From Lama glama (taxonomy: Eukaryota), in NCBI GenBank assembly GCA_028534125.1, contig CM052816.1, positions 10,294,001 through 10,358,000 of the forward strand: DNA of 64,000 nt, read 5' to 3'. The notes beneath the pieces were generated by a model that had not been told where the DNA came from, did no database searches, and saw only the letters and a list, made by a program, of their open reading frames with translations. Shown here piece after piece: positions 39,695 to 52,463 of this stretch. Both the position numbers and the translations under genes were made by a program. Every line of letters starts with the position of its first letter. Position 1 is the first letter of the stretch.

Positions 39695-40068
39695 ACAAAT
39701 TTCGAATTCCCAATTTATCCCTTCCCATCTCCTTTACCCGCTGGTAACCATAAATTTGTTCTCTATGACTGTAAGTCTATTTCTATTTTGTAAATAAGTT
39801 CATTTGTGTCTTTTTTTTTTGATTCTACATATAAGTGATATCATATGGTATTTTTCTTTCTTTTTCTGGCTTACTTTACTTAGAATGACAATCTTCAGGT
39901 TCATCCACGTTGCTGCAAATGGTATTATTTTATTTTTTATGGCTGAGTAGTATTCCATTATACACGCACGCGCACACACACAGGTACACATATATACACA
40001 CGCACACACCCATCCATCTTCTTTATCCAGTCATGTATTGATGGACATTTATGTTGTTTCCATGTCCT
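39695..40068 (-). mobile_element. Young L1 fragment lacking its 3' terminus
   Basis: cccaatttatcccttccc...gattctacatataagtgatatcatatgg...catccacgttgctgcaaatgg...gatggacattt; the minus-strand ORF MEYYSAIKNKIIPFAATWMNLKIVILSKVSQ is the L1 ORF2 C-terminus. Confidence 0.88.
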
Positions 40069-40253
40069 ATTTGCTGATCAGGCATCTGTGCTCTCACACT
40101 AGACTTACCGCGATCTGCCTCCCTCCCCCACATCCCCAGCCTTCTGACCCAGTGATTCTCCATGATCCCCAGTGACTTCCTCCCTCACTGTGTTGCCCAG
40201 TACCTGGGAGGTCCCTGTGCCTCTGCTTGGGGCCCTGTTCTTACTTCTGACAA

Positions 40254-40332
40254 GCCCGGGTCAGCCCCTGTTGGCCCAGGTCAGCCCCTGTTGGTCCGGA
40301 TCAGCCCCTGTTGGCCCGGGTCAGCCCATGTT
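40254..40332 (+). repeat. 20-bp minisatellite, ~4 copies (tcagcccctgttggcccrgg)
   Basis: Units start at 40261, 40281, 40301 and 40321. Confidence 0.92.
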
Positions 40333-43300
40333 TCAAGTGCAGGGTTGCTCTTCCTGCTGCTACGTTAGCTCATTCTAGGTGGTTCTGGAAGGCGGCACTA
40401 AATGACACTGAACCACAGTGTGAAGACTTTGGTCCCCTTTGTAATTCTTTTTCTAACCTTCTGAAGAGATCCAGGAAGAAGTCTCAGGGTGGTGCTGCTC
40501 TGTCTTGAACACCCCCTGACGCTTGGTAATCTTCTTTCTAACAGAGGTAGCAGATCTGGGCTCATCTTTCAGAACCCATCCTTCGGAGGGCAGCAAAATG
40601 TAGCCAGAATTTCATGATGTTTTTACTGTATTCATTCCTAGGTTTAGTGTCTGGTTTTGGTAAGTGACACTGGCTTAGAATTAATGGGAGTGAGACAGCG
40701 TTTGCCCTTAAAATACATCTATGTAAGGATAATATTAAATAAATAGCAGTACAGGTTGTGTCAGGATATGTCTAAGATCATGGAAATAGGGTAATAGTGA
40801 CTGAGGCTTGGGCTTCACTGGCCCAGCTGACCTTCCTGCTTGAGGGTGGGGTGTGGCTCTGTGGCTCCTTCTGGCTGACACACCCGTCCCGTCCCCACCA
40901 TCTGGTTCCCAGCCTGTGTATCCATTTATGCTTATCTGTGTCTGGAACCCTGTAGAAGATTGGGAGCCGGTTATCGGGGCCTGGGGATTAAGATGCCATC
41001 CACACTTCATGCCCCTACTCCAGTCTGACCCTGGGCAGGCCACATGGCTTGTCTGGCCCTTTGATAATTACATCTTCAGAACGGTTAACGTGAGGTTCTG
41101 CTGTGGAGGGGGATGCACACGGTGGGCTTTGATGTTCCCGTGCAGAAGACTGAGCAGCCCCCCTGCCCTGCTTAATACTCTCCTTGGCTCCTGCTTTCTC
41201 TGCGTTACTGCTTCTCCCACCTCGTGTTCTGTCCTTCCAGAGCCAAACCAAACTCACTAACGAAAGGGAACACAGTGCTTGCCATTTGAGGTGAATTCTG
41301 CTTAGGGGGCTGTGTTTTGAAGGGCATGCCCCAGGTTAACCTGCGTGGTGCACGCTAGATCGTCAGCCTGGGTGATGAGAGGAAGGAGAAACGTCTTTGA
41401 GACTCATCTGTAGCCATTCAGGGGCTCGGGAACAGCCACCCTGTACAACAATGCCTGGTTTCAGTAAAGACTCAGAGCCAAGATGCTGTGTTGCTCTTGG
41501 AGAAGTCTTATTGTCTCCCTGACCTTAACTCTTTCTCTCTGTCTCAACGGCCCATTTGTCGTTGAGGAGCCTAAAAACATCCATGCATTGGGCAGGGAGA
41601 GTGAGTTTGGGGGCAGGTTTAAGCCCTCGCCACCCATTCCCCATTTCTGCAGGAAAAGACCAAGTAGATGGTTATCTCCTCTCAGAGGGTTATTTCCAGA
41701 GGAAGGATGACCTGGGGGGCCCTGGGAACTTGCCCAGTGGGAGTGGGTTTAAAAGGAGAAGTCTTGGCTCTACTCTCAGCTGCTGGTGGCTGGAGCTGAG
41801 AGCCGTTGCCGAGGGTTGGCTGGGGACCGGCGTCTGGAATTCCCTTTATGATGAGGTCTGTTCAACTTTGATTAATATAAGTGTTCAACTTCCAGAATTT
41901 AAGTTCAGTCATGATGGTCCAGAGAATAATCACGATGCTGGCTCATGGGAACTAAGCATGTCTAGTTTGCCCAGCAGAATTCAGCCCTTTACATACAGGT
42001 TCCCCGTAATCCTAACCAGCACCCTGAGAGAAAGATGTCATTGTCCCCCATGTCACAGATAGAGTGGCTGAAGTCACTTGTCCAAACACAGGTAGTGTTA
42101 ATGCCAGAATTCAAGCTCGTGTTTGTGCGTCTCACCCAAGGTTGCATACTTAACAGCAGCAGTGGCGTGAGAACACTGGTCTCCGCAGAACCTACTAGGT
42201 ACCTTTTCCCAAACACCACGCTGCGTCCACTGGGACTCTCTTAGAGAGCCTGCTCTCTCTCTTTCAGTGATGCTGCTTTGGGGAAGAAAACAACAAAGTT
42301 CCATCCATGTAGTCTGTCCATCCTGATGTATTCTTAAGAGCGGGAGTGTTTTTAGGGAGCCAAATCTAATTACCCAGATGGGATGTCTTTTAAATAACCA
42401 CCTGTGCCTTCATCTGGATTTTTAAAAGGGTGTGGAGTCCCCACTGAGGGTCCGAGTCTCTGCTTTGTGATTTGAACACAGGTAATAAAAATTTGGTTTT
42501 GGAAGACACCTTCTCCAGTGTGTATCCTCTTTTTTCTCTTCCTAGGATTAGAGTTCTTATTCTGAGCTGCTGGGATGTCTGCAGAGTATAAACAGATGTA
42601 CCTTAAGTACTGTTCTGGGGCTGAGTTTATTGGCTGGGAAGAAACCCCTGGAGGACTCTGGTTTCTCTGGGAGCCATAGTCTTGTTAGCTCAGGTAGACG
42701 GAGGGGATAATTTGAATTCTGGAAGGTGAAAACTAGGTGAGGAAGACTAACCTGGGAACCAGCATCTCCAACAGGCTTGGGTTCCACATTCCGTCCTTTC
42801 ATTCTCTAGTCTAGTTTGAATCACAGCTGTTCTTAACAGCATCCCTTGTTACAAGTTTATTTCTTCCTCCCTCTTCTCCCCCCATCTCTGTCTCCATCTT
42901 TTCTCCCTCTCTTCCGTCCTTCCTTTCCTTTGTTTCTCTCTGTCTCTCTTCTCTTTTTTCTCCCAAACTCCTAATTTTTTATAGTTGATTTTTCTGATTA
43001 TTTACCATACTCTAGTGGAGGAAAAAAGGTTGGTATTCAGCAAACTTCAAGGACCCCTGCTACCCTGGACTGCAGATCTGGTCCCTTTGTGAGCGGCATT
43101 AACACATTCAGGCCATAAGGGGTGGGTCCAATGCACCAGTTTTGTTAATAGTGGCTTACAAGTTATTGGATTCCTAAAGTTATCTACTGCAGAGAACTGG
43201 TCAGCAGTTTCAGCACTGGGACTGTCAGATTCAGTGTCCAACAGAGAGGAGAGCCCTGTCAGAAAGAGCCACTTGGCATAAGGTTCAGGGTCTGTTGCTA

Positions 43301-45479
43301 CTGTGGCCTCAGGTGGAAATCAGTCTGGTGCCAAGAGGTAGATGCCACCAGACTGCCAAGACCTAGATTTAATTCCAACTGGAACTGATGTCCTCTGTCA
43401 CTTGGAGGAAGTCATCTGTCTCTGTGTACATCTCGCCCTTTGGAAAATGGGAGCAGTAGTCCCTGTCTAGTATGTTTCTTACTTTAAGGCTTTTCACAAA
43501 AATTTAAAGTACTGTAAATGAGTAGAATAAATCTAACTAATATTTAGAGGTGTTTACTACACGTTAGTGTGTTAGCTATTGTATAGACACGTGTCTGCAT
43601 GCTCATTTTCCCCTCTTCATCCCTTGCATTTATTCCTGGCAGCCACCCTGTGAGGTGAGCTCGGTGTTATTATCTACTCCGAGGTAATAAAAAAAAAAGT
43701 GAAGTTCTGAGAGGTTAAGTCCTAAGTCAAGATCACACACCTGGTTAAGGGTTCTGCATGATTCTCCCAGTAGTGGGAGGACCTGGCTGGACCCAAGCTT
43801 GCCAGCTGGTACGCCTGGCACCCCGCCAAGGCTGCAAGACGGGGTTGTACCCAGCCGTGGTGGCTGTGCAGGACCTCAGGCAGCCAGAGCCCTTGACCTG
43901 TGGCTTCAGGCTCTGGATATCTTCATCTTGGGCTCCATATGCCCTCCAGATTATCCCCGTGTGCTCTGGAAGTACCGTTGTTCTTTACATACATCATTGC
44001 ATGACAGGCATGGTAGGCTCCAGTCTAGACCACTTCACCTCCTCCGGCATCCTCTCACGGGAACCTGGCGGCTTCAGCTGCCGAGAACAGAAAGCAAAGA
44101 GCCCCACACAGCCACAGTCTCTGACCTTCCTAACTTTGTTGAGGGTGACTTGTAACTGGAGCTGTCAGATTTCTTCCTCTTGTTGGTGTTTGACTGTACG
44201 TAGCACGTGTTACTCGCTCAGGCTGGTCCATGACTTCACAGACAGGCATGTCCCGGCATGAGGGAGGTCCAGTTTTATGTGGCCTGGGACTGGTCAGCTG
44301 TTGAGTCATTCTTCAACACCCAGTCCAAGACTTGCCTTTCAGATGCTTCTGTGTCTGATGACAGTTTGCCTAAACTGCCCTGTGTAGTGGCAACCACATG
44401 CCTGGAAGGAGTTAAAATGGATAAGAAGCACTTTTATTAACCACTTTAACGTAAGTAAGGGGGACAGGCTGAGGGCTCTTAGGAGCAGCATTTGCTTGAA
44501 CTCTGTGAGTCGTGGGTTTGAAATCTCTGCTCTGCTGACGAAAGCAAATAATAATATTAATACCGTAGTCCATAGAGTGGGGGTCTTATTCCCAACTCTG
44601 AAATCTCGTCCAAGCCTCTACTTCATCTGTGTGCTCCATTTGTTCAGATTTCTGATGATGGAGCCAGAGAACTTTATTGAATTCGCATCTGAACAATTTT
44701 GAATAACGCCACCTCAATGATGTTCATTCCACTTGGTCACCTCTTACTATCCCCCCAGTGTACCTGGGGCCTGAGGTAGCTTTTGCCCCTTTGCTGACAT
44801 TTGGTGCTTCTTGAGGGAAGTGATGCTCCACTGTGGCTCAGGTTTGGATGTCCCTGAGTAAGAGGCTGGTCGTATTTCAGAGCTGGGCTCAGTTCAGGCA
44901 GTAACTGGCCCGTTCCCAGAACCCAGCTTACGTCAGCTCTTCGCTAGAAAGGTAACGAACATCAGGAGAGCACTGAGCTCTGAGAGGGAACTCTTCCAGT
45001 GACCAAGATTGTTAAGATTATGAAGCTCCTGCCGGAGACGCTTCTGTCGCCTTCACAAACTGTGTCTGGGGCAGTGGTCCCTGGTGCTGGTCTGTGACTT
45101 GGTGCTGGGCTGGCTGATGGCTGCATAAGAGCCATTTAAAGAGCTTAGAAAATACACATTTGTTGGCCTACAGCAAGGCCTGGGAATCTGTATTTTTCTC
45201 ATATGGCCCCCTAGTTTGGGAAGCATAGTCCTAGGACAGCCTCATATAATTTTGCAATTACTTTAAAAATGGTAGATTACAGTAGCCTTCAATTAAAAAT
45301 TGTTTTTTCCTCAGAAGTCCAATTTTCTGACACATGATATTCTGACTTAGGTGGCCTTTCTATCACATTGTTATAATACAACCTCCTATGTCCCTCCCTT
45401 CACCCATGCATTTGGCCAATGTTTAACAGCTGTCTAAGACAGACCACAGGAACTAAGGTAAAAAAAAGATCCAAAGACA

Positions 45480-46428
45480 TAAAAAAGAATGAAATAATGC
45501 CATTTTCAGCAACACGGATGGATCTANNNNNNNNNNNNNNNNNNNNNNNNNNNNNNNNNNNNNNNNNNNNNNNNNNNNNNNNNNNNNNNNNNNNNNNNNN
45601 NNNNNNNNNNNNNNNNNNNNNNNNNNNNNNNNNNNNNNNNNNNNNNNNNNNNNNNNNNNNNNNNNNNNNNNNNNNNNNNNNNNNNNNNNNNNNNNNNNNN
45701 NNNNNNNNNNNNNNNNNNNNNNNNNNNNNNNNNNNNNNNNNNNNNNNNNNNNNNNNNNNNNNNNNNNNNNNNNNNNNNNNNNNNNNNNNNNNNNNNNNNN
45801 NNNNNNNNNNNNNNNNNNNNNNNNNNNNNNNNNNNNNNNNNNNNNNNNNNNNNNNNNNNNNNNNNNNNNNNNNNNNNNNNNNNNNNNNNNNNNNNNNNNN
45901 NNNNNNNNNNNNNNNNNNNNNNNNNNNNNNNNNNNNNNNNNNNNNNNNNNNNNNNNNNNNNNNNNNNNNNNNNNNNNNNNNNNNNNNNNNNNNNNNNNNN
46001 NNNNNNNNNNNNNNNNNNNNNNNNNNAGATTATCATATTAAGTGAAGTAAATCAGACAAAGACAAATATGGTATCACTTATATGTGGAATCTAAAAAAAT
46101 AAAAAAGATACAAATGAACTTAGGTACAAATTGGAAATAGACTCACAGACAGAGAAAACAAACTATGATTACCAAAGAGGAAAGGGCAGGGAGGGATAAA
46201 GTAGGAGTTTGGGATTAACAGATACACATGACTGTATATAAAATAGATAGAAAACAAGGACCTACTGTACAGCACAGGGAACTATATTCAATACCTTGTA
46301 ATAACCTGTAATGGAAAAGAATCTGAAAAAGAATATGTATATGTATTACTGAATCACTTTACTGTACACCTGAACTAACACAACATTGTAAGTGAACTTC
46401 ACTTCAATAAAAATTTTTTAAAATGGGG
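45480..46428 (+). mobile_element. 5'-truncated young L1 with 18-bp TSD, split by an assembly gap
   Basis: IKKNEIMPFSATRMDL (L1 ORF2 end), 3' UTR, AATAAA at 46406; TSD aaaaaagatccaaagaca (45462-45479) / aaaaaagatctaaagaca (46429-46446). Confidence 0.92.
45527..46026. other. Assembly gap (500 N)
   Basis: N run. Confidence 0.99.
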
Positions 46429-47403
46429 AAAAAAGATCTAAAGACACATGGCTCTAAGGCTAAAGTATTCTCTGGTCTAGCCAGGAGACAGCTGAACAGT
46501 CAGCCAGCTACTGTAGAACAGTGTAATGACCTACCCTGCAGTGGGAGCAGGTGGAATTTGCTGGAAAGTCAGGTAGTGCCTCCCATGGGGCAAACCCTTC
46601 GCCTGAAGCTTGCCAGAGGAGGGGATGGTTGTCAGATGCCAGGGGAACCTAGGAGAAGGCAGAGAGAACAGCTTTGTAGAGGTTAGTGGAGCACCTGATA
46701 TGTGGCAAGAGCTATGTTTCTTAGTTTTGCCACCGTATAAAATCCGAGGCAGTAAGTGACAGAAGCCGGGATGGACATACTGATGGAGGCCACCTCATGA
46801 GGGGCTGGGAGACCACGTGAGGTGGGAGTTTGTATCTGATCTCATTAGCACATCTTCTTTGCCACGGATGTGGGTTTTTTTCTAAACACCTCATGGAGCT
46901 GTATTTTTTAAAAAAATCCTACCCCCTGACAATACAGCATGATGAAATTTCTTATTCTTATGCAATACCTTGGAAGCAACGAGACTAAGTGGTAATTGGC
47001 TATATCCCCAGTGGAGTCTTAGCTTCAATTCTCATTTTTCGTGCCCTGTTCATGCTCTTTGATTTCTGAAGCCAGAAGTTATCCTGTATGTGGGACTTCC
47101 TTCCCCATAAAACCTAGGTTCCTTTTCAAAGCCCTACTTCACCAATGTCATCTCATGCCTCTTCCCTCCTTGGCCTCTAAGCTCCCTCCGCACTGATCTT
47201 TCTCAGGCTTACGAAGAAACAAATCTTCTTCCCACCTCAGGGCCTTTGCAGAAGCAAGAGGTGAAATTCCAGGATAATTTGAATTAGGGGCAAACAAGAA
47301 AAACTGGGTCCTCAACAGATACACTCAGCTCAAAACTGAGTGTCCAGAGCACACAGACATCTTAAGAAAATGGTTGCTGCTAAACTTCTAAAACAGTGAC
47401 CTG

Positions 47404-47588
47404 AGGGGTAAGGTATAGCTCAAGTGGTAGAGCGCATGCTTAGCATGCATGGGGTCCTGGGTTCAATCCCCAGTACCTCCTCCAAAAATTAAATAAACCT
47501 AATTACCCCCTACCCATGAAGATAAAATAAAAAAATAAATAAAATGATATGATAGTAAATAAATAAAATGTTAAAAAATAAAATAAAT
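47404..47588 (+). mobile_element. Full-length Vic-1-like tRNA-derived SINE
   Basis: A box tagctcaagtggtaga, B box ggttcaatccc, A-rich tail; degenerate TSD aaaacagtgacctg / aaagcaatgacttg. Confidence 0.92.
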
Positions 47589-47664
47589 AAAGCAATGACT
47601 TGGGAGAACCTCGGTGACCACTCTTCTGGCTGTGAGAATGACTCCTGTTTTCCTTCTTTTCTAG

Positions 47665-47753
47665 AGTGACCGTCTTCTGATCAAGGGAGGCAGAATCGTC
47701 AACGATGATCAGTCCTTCTATGCTGATATTTACATGGAAGATGGCTTAATAAA
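47665..47753 (+). CDS. DPYSL3: DPYSL3 coding exon 2 ([30 protein letters not shown]), 89 nt
   Basis: Acceptor ttttccttcttttctAG; donor AA|GTACGT; in phase with exons 1 and 3. Not in the ORF track, read directly from the sequence. Confidence 0.97.
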
Positions 47754-48299
47754 GTACGTATATAGAACCCTTGATTTTATATTTTGGATCTTCCTTAGAG
47801 GCTCAGAAAGAAACTTGCTTCTCTTTTGCTGACAAGACCATTGTTTCTATATATCTTATTTCTCCTTCTCCTTAAAAATGAGTCTCTATCTTAGCCCTTC
47901 AGTCTAGATGCACAGCATCCCTTAAAGTGGGAGCTAGACTTAGTTCACTTGGATTGCCTGAATGGAGTGAAAAAATCTCAATTCAGTCCCCCAAACGATG
48001 CTAAGGGCCAGCTGCGTTGATGGGCACTGTGTGCGTCCTGGAAAAGTGGGAGATGTGACCTTAAGGCTACTGAGGAATGTCCACAGAATACCGTACCCTA
48101 AAAATAGACGGCCTAGCGTGGTAGGTACCAGAGGAATTCTAAGAGTTCTAATTAGGATAAGTGATTTAGGAGTGTGCAGAAAGGAGAAATCCCTTCGGAG
48201 GAAGGTTTTGGGGTGGAGAGGGTATTTCAGCCGAACTTTGACGTGGGGAGGACTTCGATGGGCAGAGCACAGCTAGGATATACCTTCCAGGCAAGATTT

Positions 48300-48470
48300 C
48301 CAATTAGGAAATATAATTGGAATTATATTCCAATTATAATTATATATAAAATATATTTACATATATTATATTTATATATTGTATTAATTATAGTTATATA
48401 ATTAATTATAATTATACAATTATAGTTATTGGAGTATAATTATATTGGGTGTATATAGGGACATATAATT
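48300..48470. repeat. AT-rich low-complexity tract
   Basis: (TATAAT/ATTATA)-like degenerate repeats. Confidence 0.8.
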
Positions 48471-49266
48471 ACTTTACAAAATGGTTTGCTATTGGATGCC
48501 TGTAAGCAGCATAGCCAGGTAGGCTTCCTTACATCGTGAACTGTAAGAAAAGGTTTGATTTACACATAGCCCTTCATCACATAAAGCAGGGGCCTTCCCC
48601 ATCCTGATAAGATAGTGTGTAAGACTGGTATATCCAACCCACTCTAATCGCCATCCCCAGCCTTGTTCCATTTTGTTTTGATATTAATCCACTTCATTGG
48701 CTAGCTTAAAGTTCTGGTGATAGGCAGTTGCTTACTTGTCTTTGAAAACTTGGCTTCAATATAACTTTCTGCGGGTGCTCATTCCTTGCTAGCCCCCAAA
48801 TCTAGGCTAGCTTCCCCTTTGGTGAGCTTTCAAAACACCCTGTGCTTTTATCAATCATAGCAATTCGGACACTATTTGGTGCCCTGGGGAGCAAGGACCG
48901 TCTCTTGTTCTTCCCCTCATCTGCAGTGCTTAACCTAGTACTGAGCATCAAGAGACTTGTGTCAGAGCTGCGTTTTATTGAGTTTATAGTATGTGCTGGG
49001 TACTGGTAAATGTTTTACATGCGCTGTCTCATTTAATCTGCCAGCCGTCCTAGGAAGTAAGCACTCTGATTACCCTCTCTTCAGAGGAGGGTAGAGGGAA
49101 AGAGGAACAGAAAGTAAATAACTTGCTAAAGGTCGACATTTTAATCAAATACATTGAATGAATGAGTGAGTGAGTGAATGAACAAACAAATGCAAGAATG
49201 AAGATATCCATGTTTAGTTCCCTTGCCGATTTGCATAAATACTTTTTTCATATTAGAAGTAAGAAA

Positions 49267-49338
49267 TAAGATAAGTGATAAGAGTGCATGCGCGAAGTCT
49301 AGGGTTCAATCCCCAGTGCCTCCATTGAAAAAAAACCA
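49267..49338 (+). mobile_element. 5'-truncated Vic-1-like SINE
   Basis: gcatgcgcgaagtctagggttcaatccccagtgcctccattg plus A tail; TSD agaagtaagaaa (49255-49266) / agaagtaggaaa (49339-49350). Confidence 0.8.
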
Positions 49339-50174
49339 AGAAGTAGGAAAAATGAAAATATCACACAAGCCAACTAATATAAAACAATACTTTCTTCAAA
49401 GTAGAAGCCACAATTAATTTTATTTTTTTTCTTTTATGAAAAAGTAATTGTATACAGTCTGCTCTCTTTGGAGGCAGTACATTCCTTCATTTAGACATCT
49501 TCAGAGTTAGGAAAAAAATTAATACCTAAAGCTTCTTCCTCATTCCAGAGTTCACGTCAGGCATCACCAACTGATCCTAGCACTTTGCACAGCTGAGCCT
49601 TAAATACAGGCTCAGAGTCCGTCTTCATGCAGTGATTCGGGCACCTACCACCACAGTTGAATATGTACGCTGAATCTTCTTTGCCGTCTCTGTTAAAACA
49701 GACTGGAAGGCTACTTGCCTAGGATGTTATAGAAGGAATTTAACCATCAGATGCGTGTGTCGGTAGTGGAGAGAAGGGTATATAAATTTACACGATCTTC
49801 GTCTAATCCTATAATTTTATATGTCTCCAGCAACATTCTTAACTCACGGAGCATAAACATAGAAATAATTTCCTCCAGTTTTTACAGAGCCGTTTGCCTG
49901 TGAGTGTTTATGGGACGCCTGCTGTGTGCACCGCATTTGTCCTCAGGCATTGGACGCACACTACGTCACGTGCTGTGGGGGATATCACTGGGACCCAAAT
50001 CACTGTGCTCTCTCCCCCCAGGACTTTGCAGTCTTTTAGGCGAACTGAGAGATCTGTCCATGCAAAGCACGTGGCATTACCAGATAGTATCAGTATCGAC
50101 TATTGAATTAGTAGAATAGGTGAGGTCCAGAGGAAGGAGAGGGCTATTTGAGATTAGGATGGTTATTAATTATA

Positions 50175-50390
50175 ATAGCTGGTGTTTATTGACTTTTTAT
50201 GTGCCTAATAATGTTCTCTAGGCTTAACACATAGTAACATTTAATCTACACAACAGAGGTATGCAGGAGGCATTTTTATTACATTTTACAGATGAAGGAA
50301 TTGAGACATGGTGAGGTTAAGTAACTCGGCTGAAGTCACAGAGCTAGTCATTAGCAGAGCCAGGATTTTGAATCCAGACAGCCCACATCC
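50175..50390 (-). mobile_element. MIR
   Basis: cattttacagatgaaggaattgagacatggtgaggttaagtaactcggctgaagtcacagagctagt. Confidence 0.8.
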
Positions 50391-51719
50391 AGGGCAGAGC
50401 CACACTCTCAATTATTAGACCTGGCTGTCAGTAGAAACTTGACCAAGGAGGGGAGCTGGAAGCTAAGCCTTCAAGGATTAATGTGACGTTGGTTGGGTCA
50501 GTGGGGAACAGGGGGAAGGCATTTCTATTTCAGACGGGATATTATACTAGTTGTAACTGGGTGGAAAGGCACATACACAGACACACGCAAGCCAGGCAAC
50601 CCTTCAAGCCCTTGGTTCTCAGTTTCCCTCGGAGGTGAATCAGTGAGGGAGGAAAGTGGAACGCACCGGCCAGGAGCTGGGCTAGGTGGAGTTACAGTCA
50701 AGGCTGCGTTTCTTCCCACAGTGTGTTTTGAACTGTGGTGGTTTTGGAATGGCCCAGGCGTGGTGTGGTAAGGTAGAGCTCTTAGAGACGTCAGGGAAGC
50801 TTACTGTTAGTTGTAGAACTTGGATTTGTCAGGCCGGGGTAGACTTCTTACTGCCCCATGAGAGTATCTTTCTTGGCTGGGTATGAACAAAAGGGAGTGT
50901 TCATGCCCCTGGCAGTGGGGTACAGGTATCCCCAAGGCAGGAGATGTTTCATGAGAACGTAGAGCCTTATGAATCGTAAGTCTACCTGGAATTCACTGGA
51001 TGTTTAAATCAAGGGTGTGAAATTGCATATCAAACAAGCAGCACTGGGTGGTCTGTGAGGTGACACTGTACTAGGGGTAGTTATATTTATCCTTTGCCCC
51101 ATGTAGTGTGCCCTTGGCATGGTCATCAGCTTCCTGCCCACCCCAGTCTCCTCCTCTCTTCCTCCCTGCGATGCTCTGAAGCTTCCTGGGTGAAGCTGTG
51201 TCTGGTGGACTTTGTCATAATTACCTTCCTTGGCTTTAAGCTTCCACCAAGATACTGACCAGACAAAAGCAACTGGTGTGGGCATCTGCATCTTTGACAT
51301 CCTGTTTAAGAATCTGCCTTCGGCTGTGACTGATGGACAAACTATCAGGGAAGGATGGAACTGGGAGTGAAGACTGAGGTGCGAAATCCCCCAGACAGAT
51401 TCCTTTTGTTGTTAGGAGCAAGATGAACCCACCTAGAGGTGAGCCAGGTTCACACGCCTGTTCTTGTAAAATTCATTACCTCCTTCAGTCTCTCCTAGCA
51501 GGTCATTATTTTACTCTCTTTCAGTTCTATTGCAGATGTTCTTCCTCACTCTTGAATAAAGAACAAAATGCAAAAGATAATAAAAATACTTATTAAAAAT
51601 ATTAATTACTACCCTGTGTTCTAGACACTGTCACACCACTGGGGTTACAGCACTCAGCCAGGACATATGGTCCCACCAAACAGATACCAGATTGTTTTGT
51701 GTCTGTAAAAGTTGGTTTC

Positions 51720-52155
51720 TGGGTGGACCTGGCGATTATCAGCCTAAGTGAAGTCAGTCAGTCAGAGAAAGACAAATATATGATATCACTTAAATGTGGA
51801 ATCTTAAAAAAAAAAAAGACAAATGAGCTTATTTACAAAACAGAAAGAGACTCACAGACATAGAAAACAAACTTATGGTTACCAAAGGTGAAAGGCAGGG
51901 AGGGATAAATTAGGAGTTTGGGATTAGCAGATGCACACTACTATATGCAGAACAGATAAACAATAAGGACCCACTGTATAGCATAGGGTATTATATTCAA
52001 TATCTTGCAGTAAAAAATTGTTACCTTGTAGTAACCTATAATGAAAAAAAATGAAAACAAATATGTGTATGTATATGTATGACTGAAACATTACGCTGTG
52101 CACCAGAAATTGACACAGCATTGTAAACTGACTATACGTCAATAAAAAAGAAAAT
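51720..52155 (+). mobile_element. Young camelid-type L1 3' end
   Basis: tggacctggcgattatcagcctaagtgaagt...gggataaattaggagtttgggattag...ttgtaaactgactatacgtcAATAAA. Confidence 0.9.
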
Positions 52156-52463
52156 GTTAATAATACTCAGTGGAAGGGTTGAAAATACTGACATCAGAAT
52201 GGAAAGCTGGGTAGCAAGTGGAAGAAAGTGTTAATAGGCTAAATGCTCATCTTCTAATACAGGAAATAAAAAAGTCTAAAGATTAAAAAAACCTGTTTTC
52301 TGTGATTGTATGTGTACCTGTCTTTATTTGTTTCTAGATTGCTAGGCTGCAAATCATTGGCAAAGTCTGCTTTGATAAACACATTTAAAATCCTTATATT
52401 ACTATGTTTGTCTTGGAAGTCTTTCGTTCCTTTAAATTGCCAGTCATTTCACTGTCTCACCAG

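Noticed and set aside
45419..46045. 208-aa ORF
   Set aside because: L1 ORF2 C-terminal remnant running into the N gap.
47404..47480. tRNA-like sequence with A and B boxes
   Set aside because: It is the head of a SINE with an A-rich tail and TSD, present in six copies; not a tRNA gene.
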